Shown here: positions 33,901 through 41,360 of the stretch, piece by piece | How positions within the stretch are numbered: position 1 is the stretch's first letter | Layout: each line of letters opens with the position of its first letter | Assembly (NCBI GenBank): GCA_028287225.1 | Contig: JAQBPZ010000111.1 | Location: 1-41,360, forward strand | Direction: 5' to 3' | From: Gemmatimonadota bacterium | Lineage (GTDB): Bacteria > Gemmatimonadota > Gemmatimonadetes > Gemmatimonadales > Gemmatimonadaceae | Length of the DNA stretch: 41,360 nucleotides | The notes under the pieces: generated by a model | Seen by the model: only the letters and a program-made list of their open reading frames with translations | The model's database searches: none | Told to the model about the DNA's origin: nothing | Position numbers and translations under genes: made by a program

Positions 33901-34027
33901 CGCCGTCCGGCATCGCGGAGCAGACGATGACGTCGCGGCTGGATACGAGCTGGTCGACGAGCGACGTCAGCTCATCGGGCGAGCAGAGCCGGGCAAAATC
34001 GTCGGCGGGAGTGAGCGGGCTGATCAC
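30995..34027 (-). CDS. Large signalling protein: N-terminal cyclase/GGDEF-like palm domain, AAA_16/STAND ATPase-like module, C-terminal TPR-like repeats
   Basis: GTG start at 34025-34027. SGDEL occupies the GGDEF position (33779-33793). FVGRAEQL is followed by the P-loop-like GERGIGASS (33401-33427). The helical repeat region contains RLGDPRAAQ-type TPR units. Confidence 0.85.
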   Translation of the reverse strand: MISPLTPADDFARLCSPDELTSLVDQLVSSRDVIVCSAMPDGVPALRADLGDGRVDALLRELTLFVRRNLRGVDAIAVSGDELILMLDAPATLASAVADRILGAVRGHVFSGGASDRSLRLTLAMGVAVARKRDERAAGLLATARDARTTISSDGRLVADARSHDTLDLSRFVGRAEQLARLTDYLDDMVRGVGRVISVIGERGIGASSLVRTMQPEVRLRGGSLVLASCHPHLLAGPYALWAEVICAIRRLPVKSTRVWRELPALDPTLDGAGQEVSGGSKTRLLEELADFLRLAAQQRPLVLLLENMHRADAASWDALEYLIAQLESERIIIALTITTGASSDDAIDRWSRLSSRPRHHEMRLTGLTREDVKRWLEGALRTGEAGRELVAYLYRHTEGNPLLLTQLLRDLHEGRFLRRSETGWTWRAIADFPSHTDLDSLVQRRVARLAPPARTLLDVLAVLGHGASETFATGVASLDPVEGRAALQELLATGLAVVLHDRDRASFGMAHDEVGRVVRGLLPAAIRPAMHARVAESLVAAGLGSSAEIAGHFEEAGNKAEAYRYALAGADEALALHETGAVAELLAAAERTAPEAGALAGVRMRMASLADIAGRYEEAELLCDRALDWYVIDGDQVNALKAKRTRSLVRTKRGQPARDTLTELLGLEREAAAAGADMERAAVLLLAAQMHWRLGDPRAAQGCSEEAVAIAERGSDSILLADACNRLATTLPPEARQRSRELLARSLEIATAQGDPFRRVRGLNNIGVLELHASNWDAARSALTMASDQARTAGLLESWGRAELNLGVLAARVSDDEGSARALSEALRLTAMVQLGEEQLYATYNMAHLERVRRRHREAIDTYELVTELAERIGQMTVQAGGVAGMGLCRFLEGDVAGARRSLAAASRLMEGLLEWFQGRELFEALRLYIALADNRIADATELFDQALNLASPSDTYGAAWLTAEFAQQLHPHAPALVEVAIRRYESVPEVVSNYRMRDRFTVLNPSVL

Positions 34028-34171
34028 GCGGCGGCCTGTGGTGGGAACGCCAGTGGCGGCGTCCCTTACCCTATGGTGGAATGGCCCTCCTCCGCAAGGC
34101 GTCCGCTGCGCGGCTTAACCTTTTGCCAGCGCGAGCGTCTCATCGAGGTGCCGGTTTCCCGTCCCGACCCG

Positions 34172-36025
34172 ATGATGCCACTCCTGCGCGCGTCCCTGTC
34201 CCTCGTTGTCCTGCTGGCCGGCTGCGCCGCCACCACGACGCCGAACGGCGCTCCCGCCGCCGCCCCCCTCAGGACGAGGGGGGCGGCGCCGATCGTCGTG
34301 GTGTCCCCGGCGGAACCGCGCGAGCAGACGGCCGACCAGCAGGTGCAGCACGTGCTCGACCGTCTCGCCTTCGGCCCGCGGCCGGGCGACGTGGCGCGGG
34401 TCCGGGCGCTGGGCGTGGACCAGTGGATCGCCCTGCAGCTCGCGCCGGACCGCATCGACGACGCCGCGGCGGAGCGCGCCCTGTCTTCATATGAGACGCT
34501 CCGCCTGCCCACCGCCGAGGTGATGCGAATGTACGCGGATGGCCAGCTGGCCCTGCGACGGCTGCAGCGCGCGGGGGCGACGCCCGGCGATTCGGCGAGC
34601 GGGAAGGACCAGCGCGCCGAGCTGCTTCGCGACAACCCGGCGGTGCGCGAGCAGCTGCGGCGCACCCAGCGCGTGCTGGCCGACGTGCAGTCGGCGCGCC
34701 TGGCGCGCGCGGTGGTGAGCGACCGGCAGCTGCAGGAGGTCATGACGGACTTCTGGGAGAACCACTTCACCGTGTATGCCGGCAAGGGCATCACGCGCCT
34801 CCTGGTGCCGGCCTACGACCGCGACGTCATCCGCCCCCTGGCGCTCGGACGCTTTCGCGACCTGCTCGGCGCCGTCGCGAAGAGCCCCGCGATGCTCTTC
34901 TTCCTGGACCAGTGGCAGAGCGCGGCCGACTCCACGCATCCCACGCTCGCCGGTGCGCCACGCCTGCGCGCTGGCGTCGCGGCGCGGCGGCCGCGCGGCC
35001 TCAACGAGAACTATGCGCGCGAGCTGATGGAGCTGCACACGCGCGGCGTGGACGCCGGCTACTCGCAGGGGGACGTGATCGAGGTGGCGCGCGCGCTGAC
35101 CGGGTGGACGATGGTGTCCCGCACGAACCCGCAGTTCGTCTTCCGTCCGCAGATCCACGACGCAGGCGCCAAGACCGTGCTGGGCCACCGGCTGCCCGCG
35201 GGGCGCGGCATCGAGGATGGCGAGGAGGTGCTCGACATCCTCGCGCGCGACCCGCACACGGCGCGGTTCGTGGCGCACAAGCTCGCGGTGCGGTTCGTGA
35301 GCGATGCGCCGCCCGAATCCCTCGTGTCGCGCGCGACGGCGACGTACCTGCGCACCGATGGCGACCTGCGCGAAGTCGTTCGCACGATCGTCACCAGCCC
35401 CGAGTTCTTCAGCCGCGCGGCGTACCGCAGCAAGGTGAAGTCGCCATTCGAGCTCGTGGCCTCGGCACTGCGCGCCGTTGGGGCGGACGCGGACAGCACG
35501 CCCCGCTCCGCGCAGGCGGTGGGGCTTCTGGGCCAGCCGATCTTCGGGCATCAGGCACCGAACGGATGGCCCGAGACGGGCGACGCGTGGATGAATGCGG
35601 GCGCGATCCTGAACCGGATCAACTTCGGGCTCGCGCTCGCGGGGGGTCGGCTGCCCGGCGCGACGCTCTCGCACTGGCCGCAGGCCGCCGCGCTCCAGGG
35701 TGCGACGCGGGAAGCGCAGGTCGACGCCGTGATCGGCGCGTTCCTTGGCGGCCATGCCTCGCCCGACACGCGCGACATCCTGTTGAAGGGAGAGAACCCG
35801 CTCGCCGCGCGGCTCGCGGGCGCCGACAGCGGGCGAATGGAAGCGTCGGACGCCGCGATGCAGATGGACCGCGACGTCATGATGGACGGCGCTCCGGCAC
35901 GGAAGAACGGGCAGCCGCGACCCGGCGCCGCTCGGCGCCCCGGACTCGGGCAGCCCGTGCAGCTCACCGGGCTGGCGCAGGTCGTGGGACTGGCCATCGG
36001 CGCGCCCGAGTTCCAGCGGCGGTAG
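34172..36025 (+). CDS. DUF1800 family protein
   Basis: ATG 34172 with a signal/lipobox-like LLAGCA. Motifs typical of DUF1800 (FWENHF, NENYARELMELHTRGV). Paired with a DUF1501 gene. Confidence 0.85.
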   Translation: MMPLLRASLSLVVLLAGCAATTTPNGAPAAAPLRTRGAAPIVVVSPAEPREQTADQQVQHVLDRLAFGPRPGDVARVRALGVDQWIALQLAPDRIDDAAAERALSSYETLRLPTAEVMRMYADGQLALRRLQRAGATPGDSASGKDQRAELLRDNPAVREQLRRTQRVLADVQSARLARAVVSDRQLQEVMTDFWENHFTVYAGKGITRLLVPAYDRDVIRPLALGRFRDLLGAVAKSPAMLFFLDQWQSAADSTHPTLAGAPRLRAGVAARRPRGLNENYARELMELHTRGVDAGYSQGDVIEVARALTGWTMVSRTNPQFVFRPQIHDAGAKTVLGHRLPAGRGIEDGEEVLDILARDPHTARFVAHKLAVRFVSDAPPESLVSRATATYLRTDGDLREVVRTIVTSPEFFSRAAYRSKVKSPFELVASALRAVGADADSTPRSAQAVGLLGQPIFGHQAPNGWPETGDAWMNAGAILNRINFGLALAGGRLPGATLSHWPQAAALQGATREAQVDAVIGAFLGGHASPDTRDILLKGENPLAARLAGADSGRMEASDAAMQMDRDVMMDGAPARKNGQPRPGAARRPGLGQPVQLTGLAQVVGLAIGAPEFQRR

Positions 36026-36091
36026 AAGAGCGGCGTGCGGGCAGCACAGTCTGGCCGGCGAGTGTCATCACGCACCACGACAGAGGCGGCA

Positions 36092-37381
36092 ATGGACAGG
36101 CGCGTATTCATGAAGTCCGGCGCGATGGCGCTGGTGACGATGGGGCTCAGCCCGAGCTTCCTGCGGCGCACCGCGTTCGGCGCCGAGCTGCTCCAGGGCG
36201 CGGGCACGCTCGGCGCGGCGCGTGGCAAGACGCTCATCTGCCTGTTCCAGCGCGGCGCGGCGGACGCGCTCAACGTGGTGGTGCCGCATGGCGAGGCGGC
36301 GTACTACCGGCTGCGTCCCAACATCGCGATCGGCCGGCCCGAAGTCGCGGGCCAGGGCGCCATCGACCTGGACGGGTTCTTCGGGCTGCATCCGGCCCTC
36401 GCGCCGATGAAGCCGTTGTGGGACCGCGGACTGCTCGCGCCGATCCACGCGGTGGGCAGCCCGAGCAGCACGCGCTCGCACTTCGATGCGCAGGACTACA
36501 TGGAGACCGGCACGCCCGATCAGAAGGGCACGCACGACGGCTGGCTCAATCGCTACCTCGCGCTGCAGGGCACCTGCGAAGCCGGCTGCGCGCACGACAC
36601 GGCCCACGCGAAGGACTCGCCGTTCCGCGCCGTCGCGATGACCCAGCAGACGCCGCGCATCCTGGAGGGGCCGGCGGCGACGATCGCCATGAACTCGCTC
36701 GACGAGTTCAGCGTGCGCGCCACCGGCCCCGCCGTGGACCGGCTGGAGGCGCTGTACCGGACCGGCTCGGCCGACGTGGTGCATGCGGCCGGCGGCGAGA
36801 TGTTCGAGGCGGTGAAGATCCTGCGCGCCGCGAACCCGGAGCGGTACCTGCCGCAGAACGGGGCGTCGTACCCCGCCAGCCAGTTCGGCCAGCGGCTGCG
36901 CCAGATCGCGCAGCTCATCAAGGCCGACGTGGGGCTCGAGGTGGCGTTCGCCGACGTCGGCGGCTGGGATACGCACGTGAACCAGGGCGGCGCCACCGGG
37001 CAGCTCGCGGGACGGCTCGACGACTTCGCGCGCTCGATCGCCGCGCTCGTGGCGGACCTCGGCGACCGGATGGCCGACACCACGATCATGACGATGTCCG
37101 AGTTCGGCCGCACGGCGCGGCAGAACGGCAACGGCGGCACCGACCACGGGCATGCGAGCGCCCTCTTCGTGATCGGCGGCGACGTGAAGGGAGGGAAGGT
37201 CTACGGGCGCTGGCCGGGCCTGGAGCTCGAGCAGCTCTACGAGGGGCGCGACCTGGCACTCACGACCGACTTCCGCGCGGTGTTCTCCGAGGTCGCCGCG
37301 AAGCAGCTCGGTGCAACGCGGCTGGACGCGCTCTTCCCGGGCTTCGAGTCGCCCAGGGCGTCGTGGCTCGGGATGGTGTGA
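36092..37381 (+). CDS. DUF1501 family (sulfatase-fold) protein with a twin-arginine signal
   Basis: ATG 36092. Tat-like MDRRVFMKSGAMALV. GGWDTH and GTDHGHA motifs. Confidence 0.9.
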   Translation: MDRRVFMKSGAMALVTMGLSPSFLRRTAFGAELLQGAGTLGAARGKTLICLFQRGAADALNVVVPHGEAAYYRLRPNIAIGRPEVAGQGAIDLDGFFGLHPALAPMKPLWDRGLLAPIHAVGSPSSTRSHFDAQDYMETGTPDQKGTHDGWLNRYLALQGTCEAGCAHDTAHAKDSPFRAVAMTQQTPRILEGPAATIAMNSLDEFSVRATGPAVDRLEALYRTGSADVVHAAGGEMFEAVKILRAANPERYLPQNGASYPASQFGQRLRQIAQLIKADVGLEVAFADVGGWDTHVNQGGATGQLAGRLDDFARSIAALVADLGDRMADTTIMTMSEFGRTARQNGNGGTDHGHASALFVIGGDVKGGKVYGRWPGLELEQLYEGRDLALTTDFRAVFSEVAAKQLGATRLDALFPGFESPRASWLGMV

Positions 37382-37386
37382 AGAAG

Positions 37387-37588
37387 AACGAGTAACGAGT
37401 AACTGAATAACGAGTGGCGTCCCGGGCGTTGGTCATCCCGTGAGCCGCAGGCGAACCGGGATCGTCTCTCCTTGCGGCCTGGCCAGTCAATCCGCAGTGA
37501 AGGACGATCCCGGTTCGCTGCGCTCACGGGATGACAGGGACGCCCCCCGGCTTACTCGTTACTCGTTATTCAGTTCTCGTTACTCGTT
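37387..37588. repeat. Rod-like nested palindrome with CGAGTAA heptad arms (same family as 11637-11844)
   Basis: Arms 37387-37415 / 37551-37588. GGCGTCCCGG 37416-37425 pairs with GGGACGCC 37537-37544. GGTCATCCCGTGAGC 37431-37445 pairs with GCTCACGGGATGAC 37522-37535. GCGAACCGGGATCGTC 37451-37466 pairs with GACGATCCCGGTTCGC 37503-37518. Confidence 0.85.
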
Positions 37589-37593
37589 GCCGT

Positions 37594-39798
37594 TCAGAAG
37601 TGGAAGATCTTCCGGAGCACCTTCCCGATGCCGTCGACGCCCTTCTGCACGGGGTCGGGAAGGGGGACGCCGCCCGGCACATCCATGGGGAGGGTGTCGT
37701 CCACCGGCGCAGGCTCGGTGTGCACGTTGCAGACTTCGCGCGGCTCCGTGCCCGGCTTGAAGTACTGCCGCTGCCGCACCGGGCACCATTCGCCGGCGAG
37801 CATGCCCGTTTCCGGGTCCACGACGGCCATCGTCATGCCCGCAGGGGGCTGCCAGGCCTGCGCGGACGACGCCGGCTCCTTCCATCCATTGAGGTAGAAC
37901 TCGGCCCACGCCGGCGCGGCGAGGTGGCCGCCGGTTGCGCCCGGCGCGATCGGCCGCGGGTTGTCGTAGCCGAACCACACGCCGGCGACGAGGGTGGGCG
38001 AATAGCCCACGAACCACACGTCGGCCGCGTTGTTCGTGGTCCCCGTCTTTCCCGCCACCTGGCCCTTCACCCCCGCGTCGCGGAGCGTGCGTCCCGTCCC
38101 GTTGTCGACGACCCCCTTGAGCATCTGCGTGATCTGGTACGCGTCACGCTGGTCCATGACCGTGTCGGCGGGGGCGATCTCGGCGCTCCACAGCACCGTG
38201 CCGTCGGCGGCCTCGATGCGCCGCACCAGGCGCGGGTGCACGCGCAGCCCGCCGTTGGCGAACGGCGCATAGGCGGCGACGAGCTCCAGCGGCGTCACCT
38301 CCACGGCGCCGAGCGCCATCGACGGATAGCTGGGCAGCGGGCTCGAGATGCCGTTGCGGCGCGCGGCGTCGATCACGCGCGGGATGCCGACCGTCTGGCT
38401 GACCCGCACCGCTGCGGCGTTCGAGGAGATGGCAAGCGCCTTCGTCAGCGTGATGGTGCCTTCGTACTCATCGTAGTTGCCTGGACGCCAGACCGTCCGC
38501 CCCTGCTGGATCTCCACCGGCTCGTCGTCCACCAGCGTCATCGGGGTCATGCCGGCCCGCATCGCCGCCGCATACACGAACGGCTTGAACGCCGACCCCG
38601 GCTGGCGCCGCGCGTTGAAGGCGCGGTTGAAGCCACGCTTGCTGCGTCGCCCGCCCACGAGTGCGCGGATGTCGCCGCTCACCGGGTCCAGCGCGACGAG
38701 CGCGCCCTGCGCCGCTTCGGGCACGCGGTTCCCCGCCGCCTGCGTGGAGCGCGTCACGAGCGTCGTCCCCCGCAGCACGGCGCGGTCGGCGGCGCGCTGG
38801 GCGCCAAGGTCGAGCGTGGTGTAGACCGTGACGTCACCCTCCTTGAGGGCATCGGGGCGCAGCGAGTCGATGAGCGCGCGCACCGCGTCGAGGGCCAGCG
38901 GCTCGTCCTTCACGTCCGGGCGCCATTCGTCCTCGGCGATGCGGAGCGGCACCCGCTGCGTCGCCGCCGCCTGCTGCGGCGTGAGGTAGCCCGCGTCCGC
39001 CATCAGCGCGAGCACGAGGTTGCGGCGCTTGAGGCCGCGCTCGTAGTGGTCGCGCGGCGTGTAGGCGCTCGGGCCCTTGGGCAGCGCGGCAAGCATCGCT
39101 CCCTCGCTCAGCGTGAGCTGCGAGACGTTCTTGCCGAACAGGTCGCGGCTCGCCGCCTCTACCCCGTTCATGCCGTTGCCGAGATAGATGATGTTGAGGT
39201 AGAGCTCGAGGATCTGGTCCTTGCTGAGCTCGCCCTCGATGAGGCGCGTGAGCCGCAGCTCGATCAGCTTGCGCCGCAGCGTGCGCCCGTAGCGCTTGTT
39301 CACGAGGAAGGAGTTGCGCGCCACCTGCATGGTGATCGTGCTGAAGCCCTCGCGCACGCCGAGGTGGCGGACGTTGGAGAGCGAGGCGCGGAACACCCCC
39401 TTCCAGTCGAGCCCGTTGTGCTGGTAGAAGCGGCGGTCTTCCGTGGCGAGGAACGCGTTGCGGACGTGCTCGGGGATGGACGAGATGGGCACGTTGACGC
39501 GCCGCACCAGGGCGATGCGGCCGAGGAAGCGGTCGTTGCGGTCCACGATGCGTCCCCCCTCGCCGGGCCGGAACGCGCGAATCTCCGCGCGCGAGGGGCA
39601 CCCCTCGAACCCGCACGTCCCCAGCCAGGCGTCGAACAGCACGATGCCGATGCAGGCCAGCCCGAGCGCAGCCAGCGAGCGCCAGCGTTTCCGCATCCAG
39701 ACACGTGCGGGGACGGGCTCGGCCGGCTCGCGGAGCCGCTGGCGAAGAAGGTCGAGACGCTCGGAGAGGCGCAGGAGACGAGGGGGCTGAAGTGGCAT
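37594..39798 (-). CDS. mrcA: Penicillin-binding protein 1A (bifunctional transglycosylase/transpeptidase)
   Basis: GT51 motifs (EDRRFYQHNGLD, GFSTITMQVARN, RKLIE), transpeptidase motif (RQPGSAFKPFVY) and KTGTTN. Confidence 0.95.
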   Translation of the reverse strand: MPLQPPRLLRLSERLDLLRQRLREPAEPVPARVWMRKRWRSLAALGLACIGIVLFDAWLGTCGFEGCPSRAEIRAFRPGEGGRIVDRNDRFLGRIALVRRVNVPISSIPEHVRNAFLATEDRRFYQHNGLDWKGVFRASLSNVRHLGVREGFSTITMQVARNSFLVNKRYGRTLRRKLIELRLTRLIEGELSKDQILELYLNIIYLGNGMNGVEAASRDLFGKNVSQLTLSEGAMLAALPKGPSAYTPRDHYERGLKRRNLVLALMADAGYLTPQQAAATQRVPLRIAEDEWRPDVKDEPLALDAVRALIDSLRPDALKEGDVTVYTTLDLGAQRAADRAVLRGTTLVTRSTQAAGNRVPEAAQGALVALDPVSGDIRALVGGRRSKRGFNRAFNARRQPGSAFKPFVYAAAMRAGMTPMTLVDDEPVEIQQGRTVWRPGNYDEYEGTITLTKALAISSNAAAVRVSQTVGIPRVIDAARRNGISSPLPSYPSMALGAVEVTPLELVAAYAPFANGGLRVHPRLVRRIEAADGTVLWSAEIAPADTVMDQRDAYQITQMLKGVVDNGTGRTLRDAGVKGQVAGKTGTTNNAADVWFVGYSPTLVAGVWFGYDNPRPIAPGATGGHLAAPAWAEFYLNGWKEPASSAQAWQPPAGMTMAVVDPETGMLAGEWCPVRQRQYFKPGTEPREVCNVHTEPAPVDDTLPMDVPGGVPLPDPVQKGVDGIGKVLRKIFHF

Positions 39799-39948
39799 TC
39801 GGGGCTGGTGGTACGACAGGTGCGCAAGCAGGATTCTGGCCGCGGCGGCCGGCGGGCATGTAAAGTTGTGCAGCCGGCCACGCCGTCACCCTCGCTCCAC
39901 CGTCCCGGAGCCCATCGGGCTCCTGTCTTGTCACCCCGAAGGTCAGAA

Positions 39949-40995
39949 ATGGATCGCCGTCTCGTCGTACTCGCCGCCCTTGCCCTTGCCGCCTGCAGCA
40001 AGGGCGACGCCCCTGCTGGCCAGGCCAGCGCCGCCACCACATCCACGCGCGATTCGTCCGGCGGCGCCGTTAGCATCTCCGCCGCGTCGAACACCGGCGC
40101 AGCCACCGCGGGCGGTGCCGCGGCCGGCAATGCGGAGGCTGGCGGTGGGCTGCCCGCCAATCAGACCGGAAAGATCCCCGTGCTGGAATACCACGTGATC
40201 GGCGGCGAGAAGAACGGCCTCTACTCGCGGACCGTCGCCAGCTATCGCAACGACCTCGAGGAGGCGTACAAGCTGGGCTACCGGCCCATCACGGTGGCGC
40301 AGATGCTCGACAAGGACTTCAAGAACGTCCCCGCGGGGATGTCGCCGGTGGTGGTGGTGTTCGACGACGCCTCCGATTCGCAGTTCCGCTACCTGGAGCA
40401 GGGCGGCAAGCTGGTGGTGGACCCCACCAGCGGCCTCGGGATCTGGGAGGAGTTCGCGCGCACGCACCCCGGCTGGAAGGGCGGTGCGGTGTTCTGCATG
40501 CTGAATGGCGGCGCCGCGGGCCACAACTTCTTCGGCGACAACCCGAAGTTCAACGGCCAGAAGCGCGAGTGGCGCTTCCCGAAGGTGAAGTACCTGGCCG
40601 ACCAGGGTCACGAGCTGTGCGACCACACGCTCTGGCACGCGAAGCTGAGCCAGTACCCCGACAACGTGGTGCAGGAGCAGATCGCCCGGAACGCCATGGG
40701 CATCGACAGCGCCGTGCCCGGCTACAAGATCCGCACGATGGCATTGCCGTACGGGCTGTGGCCCAAGAACCGGCCGCTCGCCTGGCAGGGCAGCTGGACC
40801 GATCCCAAGACGGGGCAGGCGCACCCGTACAAGTTCGACGCGGTGCTCGAGGTGGCGGGCGGCCCGAACGAGAGCCCCTACGATCCGAAGTTCGACCCCC
40901 ACAGCATCAACCGCATCGAGGCGATCGGCGACGACATCGTGAAGCAGCTGCGTCGCCTCAGCGACACGAAGACACGGTTCGTGGTCGGGAAATGA
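39949..40995 (+). CDS. Polysaccharide deacetylase (NodB-like) lipoprotein
   Basis: ATG 39949. Lipobox LALAAC. Motifs FDDASDSQF and HELCDHTLWH. Confidence 0.85.
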   Translation: MDRRLVVLAALALAACSKGDAPAGQASAATTSTRDSSGGAVSISAASNTGAATAGGAAAGNAEAGGGLPANQTGKIPVLEYHVIGGEKNGLYSRTVASYRNDLEEAYKLGYRPITVAQMLDKDFKNVPAGMSPVVVVFDDASDSQFRYLEQGGKLVVDPTSGLGIWEEFARTHPGWKGGAVFCMLNGGAAGHNFFGDNPKFNGQKREWRFPKVKYLADQGHELCDHTLWHAKLSQYPDNVVQEQIARNAMGIDSAVPGYKIRTMALPYGLWPKNRPLAWQGSWTDPKTGQAHPYKFDAVLEVAGGPNESPYDPKFDPHSINRIEAIGDDIVKQLRRLSDTKTRFVVGK

Positions 40996-41053
40996 CCCGG
41001 CGGGATTGCGGCTCGGGTGCGTCCAGCCGATAATCCCCTCCATCACGCTGAGC

Positions 41054-41082
41054 AGCCTACCGGTGCCTCGCATCGGTAGGCT
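41054..41082 (+). terminator. Hairpin after the deacetylase gene
   Basis: AGCCTACCG (41054-41062) pairs with CGGTAGGCT (41074-41082). It is followed by GTTCCTGTTCTCC. Confidence 0.4.
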
Positions 41083-41360
41083 GTTCCTGTTCTCCCCCGG
41101 TCACGCGCCCGCATTGCCCGCCGCCACGCCCTTCCGCGCCTTCGACCGCAAGGCCGCCCTCGCCATCGCGTCGGCGTTCACCATCCTGCTCGTTGTCGCA
41201 CTGTTCGCCAACTACCGGCTCCGGGGCTTCGAGGTCGCGCTGGGCCGGGTCGACCACACGCACGAGGTGATCGAGCAGCTCGGGATCACCGCGCACGGGC
41301 TGGTGGACGCCGAGTCGGCGCAGCGCACCTACCTGCTCTCCGGCGACCCGGTCTACCGCG
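41063..41360 (+). CDS. CHASE3-domain sensor protein, N-terminal fragment (runs off the window)
   Basis: Open frame to the window end. A TM segment (AIASAFTILLVVALFA) is followed by VDHTHEVIEQL...DAESAQRTYLLSGDPVYR, the CHASE3 hallmark. Start is uncertain: GTG 41063 or TTG 41114. Confidence 0.6.
   Translation, partial: MPRIGRLFLFSPGHAPALPAATPFRAFDRKAALAIASAFTILLVVALFANYRLRGFEVALGRVDHTHEVIEQLGITAHGLVDAESAQRTYLLSGDPVYR

Noticed and set aside
32630-36025. 1131-aa plus-strand ORF
   Set aside because: The N-terminal 514 codons are antisense to the STAND gene. The real DUF1800 gene starts at ATG 34172, which has a signal peptide.
37531-40995. 1154-aa plus-strand ORF
   Set aside because: Its first ~806 codons are antisense to the unmistakable PBP1A gene and also run through the palindromic element. 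Only the part from ATG 39949 (the polysaccharide deacetylase lipoprotein) is credible.
1-41360. tRNA, rRNA, transposase, integrase, phage or cas genes
   Set aside because: I looked for T-loop/anticodon-arm patterns, rRNA-like conserved blocks and DDE/tyrosine-recombinase-like ORFs on both strands and found none that I could support.

Overview
41.36 kb of very GC-rich (about 70% by eye) bacterial chromosome. Genes are densely packed, and 4-nt start/stop overlaps (ATGA/GTGA) are frequent. The gene content suggests a soil-type Gram-negative such as Gemmatimonadota or a relative: BNR propeller, a DUF1800/DUF1501 pair, Big_2 lipoproteins, thyX. That placement is inference only. I support 36 protein-coding genes plus one candidate leader ORF. 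I found no rRNA, tRNA, CRISPR array, transposase or integrase. Recognisable housekeeping genes are panB-panC with a Rossmann/DUF2520 gene, thyX, an RNase HI homologue, PBP1A, an ECF sigma/anti-sigma pair, a CaiB-type CoA transferase, a GHMP kinase, an M20 deacylase, a squalene/phytoene synthase-like gene and an FAD-linked oxidase. Seven things deserve follow-up. (1) A translationally coupled operon of two Ddl-like ATP-grasp ligases, a GNAT and a lysine 2,3-aminomutase (16.8-20.8 kb) predicts an uncharacterised beta-lysine-derived product. (2) A family of rod-like nested-palindrome intergenic elements has arms built from short tandem repeats. Two copies (11.6 kb and 37.4 kb) share ordered core motifs while their internal stems differ compensatorily, and architecturally related elements sit at 10.3 kb and 12.7 kb. 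(3) A 618-bp non-coding region (28.2-28.8 kb) holds a 199-bp element bounded by 30-bp inverted repeats. It also holds a Shine-Dalgarno-led 58-codon uORF that spans an intrinsic terminator directly upstream of an EF-G paralogue. (4) That EF-G paralogue lacks the catalytic His and has a degenerate NKxD motif. (5) A 1010-aa cyclase/GGDEF-like + STAND ATPase + TPR protein has degenerate signature motifs and is followed by an AT-richer stretch and three unknown genes. (6) The RNase HI homologue has Ala in place of the catalytic Glu. (7) There is a phasin-like protein with a histone-H1-like AKP-repeat tail. All calls come from reading the sequence and ORF track by eye; no searches were run.
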